A stretch of 38,242 bases of DNA from Pyramidobacter sp. (GTDB lineage Bacteria > Synergistota > Synergistia > Synergistales > Dethiosulfovibrionaceae). A program made the position numbers and the translations under genes. This document shows, piece after piece, positions 36,994-38,242 of this stretch. Under the pieces are notes generated by a model. It worked only from the letters and a program-made list of their open reading frames with translations, ran no database searches and was not told the DNA's origin. The stretch is from positions 1 through 38,242 of the forward strand of contig JAXEJY010000189.1 in assembly GCA_034101315.1 (NCBI GenBank). Direction: 5' to 3'. The stretch's first letter is position 1. Each line of letters begins with the position of its first letter.

Positions 36994-37478
36994 AAAACTC
37001 AAATGATGAAATAGATTTGTTTGCCGAGAGCGAAACAGTACAGTGGGAGCGCGTGCTCCTGCGGCTTCTTGCTTCGCCGCGTCCGAGGCGCGAGGCGGAG
37101 CGCCGCCTGAGGGAAAAAAACTGCCCTGAAGAGACGGCGCAGGAGCTCCTTGACCGATATGAGGAAGTCGGTCTGATCGACGACCGTGCGTATGCCGTTC
37201 TCTTTGCAGAAGGAAAGAAAAACTGGGGCGCGCGGCGCATACGGGACGAACTGCGTTTCCGAGGCGTCAGCCGAGATGATATTGACGCCGCCCTTGAAGA
37301 GTGCTGCGACGACGAAGAAGAGCGGGCGTACCGCCTCCTGCGCCAGTGGGAGCGCATTCCCGGCATGACAGAGCAGAAGCTCGACGGACGCCTGCGCCGC
37401 CGTGGTTTCAGCTCTTCTTCTGTGCGGCGCGCTTTTGAGCGCCTCAGCGAAGAAATCGAAGAGGAAACGCAGGATTGA
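36990..37478 (+). CDS. recX: Regulatory protein RecX
   Basis: RLLASPRPRRE...GLIDDRAYA...WGARRIRDELRFRGV...LRRRGFS. Confidence 0.85.
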   Translation: MKNSNDEIDLFAESETVQWERVLLRLLASPRPRREAERRLREKNCPEETAQELLDRYEEVGLIDDRAYAVLFAEGKKNWGARRIRDELRFRGVSRDDIDAALEECCDDEEERAYRLLRQWERIPGMTEQKLDGRLRRRGFSSSSVRRAFERLSEEIEEETQD

Positions 37479-37499
37479 GTTTTGAAATGCAGTGAACAG

Positions 37500-37553
37500 C
37501 GGCAAAAAAGGGACGGCGCTGAGCGTGTATCAGCTGCCGTCCTTTTTTTGCCG
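37500..37553. terminator. Terminator after recX
   Basis: cggcaaaaaaagggacggc...gccgtcctttttttgccg. Confidence 0.75.
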
Positions 37554-37792
37554 CTGTTGGGGGGGCTGGGACTTTTGCGCATTTCGATTTGTGCCGGCTT
37601 TTTAGAAAAATTTTTTATATTTTCGGCGTCTTTTCCTGATTCCACTTGTGAAGATTCGGCAATCACTGTAAAATAAATGACAGGTTTTTTATAGACCGTT
37701 TTCGGGGTGCAGGGGAAATCTGCATCCCTTGGGTGTGCGTTCTGCCGCCCAGTGTACATTGACAATTTCATATGGAGAAGGAGCTTTTATTG

Positions 37793-38242
37793 ATGACAGT
37801 ATATTCAATTTTAGGAGCGCTTCTAGGCCTTATCGGAGGCGCGTTTGCAGGAATGTTCATCGCTAAGAGCGTCGCGGCCCGCAAAGTTGCCGACGCCCGC
37901 AGAAAAGCCGACAGCATTGTGCGCGAGGCTCAGACAAATGCCGCCAGAGACAGCAAAAACATGCTTTCAGAGGCGCGCGACGAAGTGTACAGAGTGCGTC
38001 TTGAGGCGGAAAAAGAGGCCAAAGAGCGCCGCGCTGAACTTCAGCGCAGCGAACGGCGCTTAGAGCAGAAAGAAGAAAATCTCGACCGGAAGATGGAGAA
38101 GATCTCCCGCCGCGAAGAAGAGATGAAAAACCGTCAGGAAGATTTGGAGCGGAAAATCCAGGAGGCGGACGAGCTGTGCCAGAAGCGCGTTGCAGAGCTT
38201 GAGCACGTCGCCTGCATGACGTGCGACCAGGCGCGCGAACAT
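37793..38242 (+). CDS. rny: Ribonuclease Y, N-terminal part (3'-partial, absent from the ORF track)
   Basis: Manual translation MTVYSILGALLGLIGGAFAGMFIAK...EAKERRAELQRSERRLEQKEENLDRK...LEHVACMTCDQARE shows a TM anchor plus coiled coil; SD aaggag; follows recX. Confidence 0.9.
   Translation, partial: MTVYSILGALLGLIGGAFAGMFIAKSVAARKVADARRKADSIVREAQTNAARDSKNMLSEARDEVYRVRLEAEKEAKERRAELQRSERRLEQKEENLDRKMEKISRREEEMKNRQEDLERKIQEADELCQKRVAELEHVACMTCDQAREH

Noticed and set aside
37560-37790. 6S RNA upstream of rny
   Set aside because: Only short local hairpins are present; there is no long rod with a central bubble.

Overview
Bacterial chromosomal window with a GC-rich backbone and the gene content of an anaerobic fermenter. 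Synergistota is plausible, but that is inference only. In order: a 5'-partial VIT/vWA/TPR/DUF2135 protein; a minus-strand hfs-like operon (2Fe-2S ferredoxin, PAS-containing sensory [FeFe]-hydrogenase, SpoIIE-type phosphatase, second ferredoxin, monomeric [FeFe]-hydrogenase); a divergent MarR; a class-V PLP enzyme, a DAACS transporter interrupted by one in-frame TGA, and LysR; SAM-I riboswitch-metK; a small membrane protein; a split AtuA/DUF1446 pair; a 5'-truncated ABC permease; TetR-methyltransferase with a consensus promoter and two operators; tRNA-Ala(GGC); an AT-richer block of about 8.5 kb (IclR, two LeuCD-type hydratase pairs, TctCBA transporter, ICL/PEP-mutase-family lyase); SRP RNA; a PglL/O-antigen-ligase-like protein; glutamine synthetase III; then core genes (HlyD-like, yggS, sepF-like, divIVA-like, recG, recX, partial rny). 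No integrase, transposase, CRISPR array or phage gene was seen. The best candidate for an undescribed system is the dual-hydratase/lyase/TTT catabolic island. Next are the Cys-less class-V PLP enzyme with its variant transporter and the orphan AtuA pair. All calls come from motif recognition by eye; no database searches were run.
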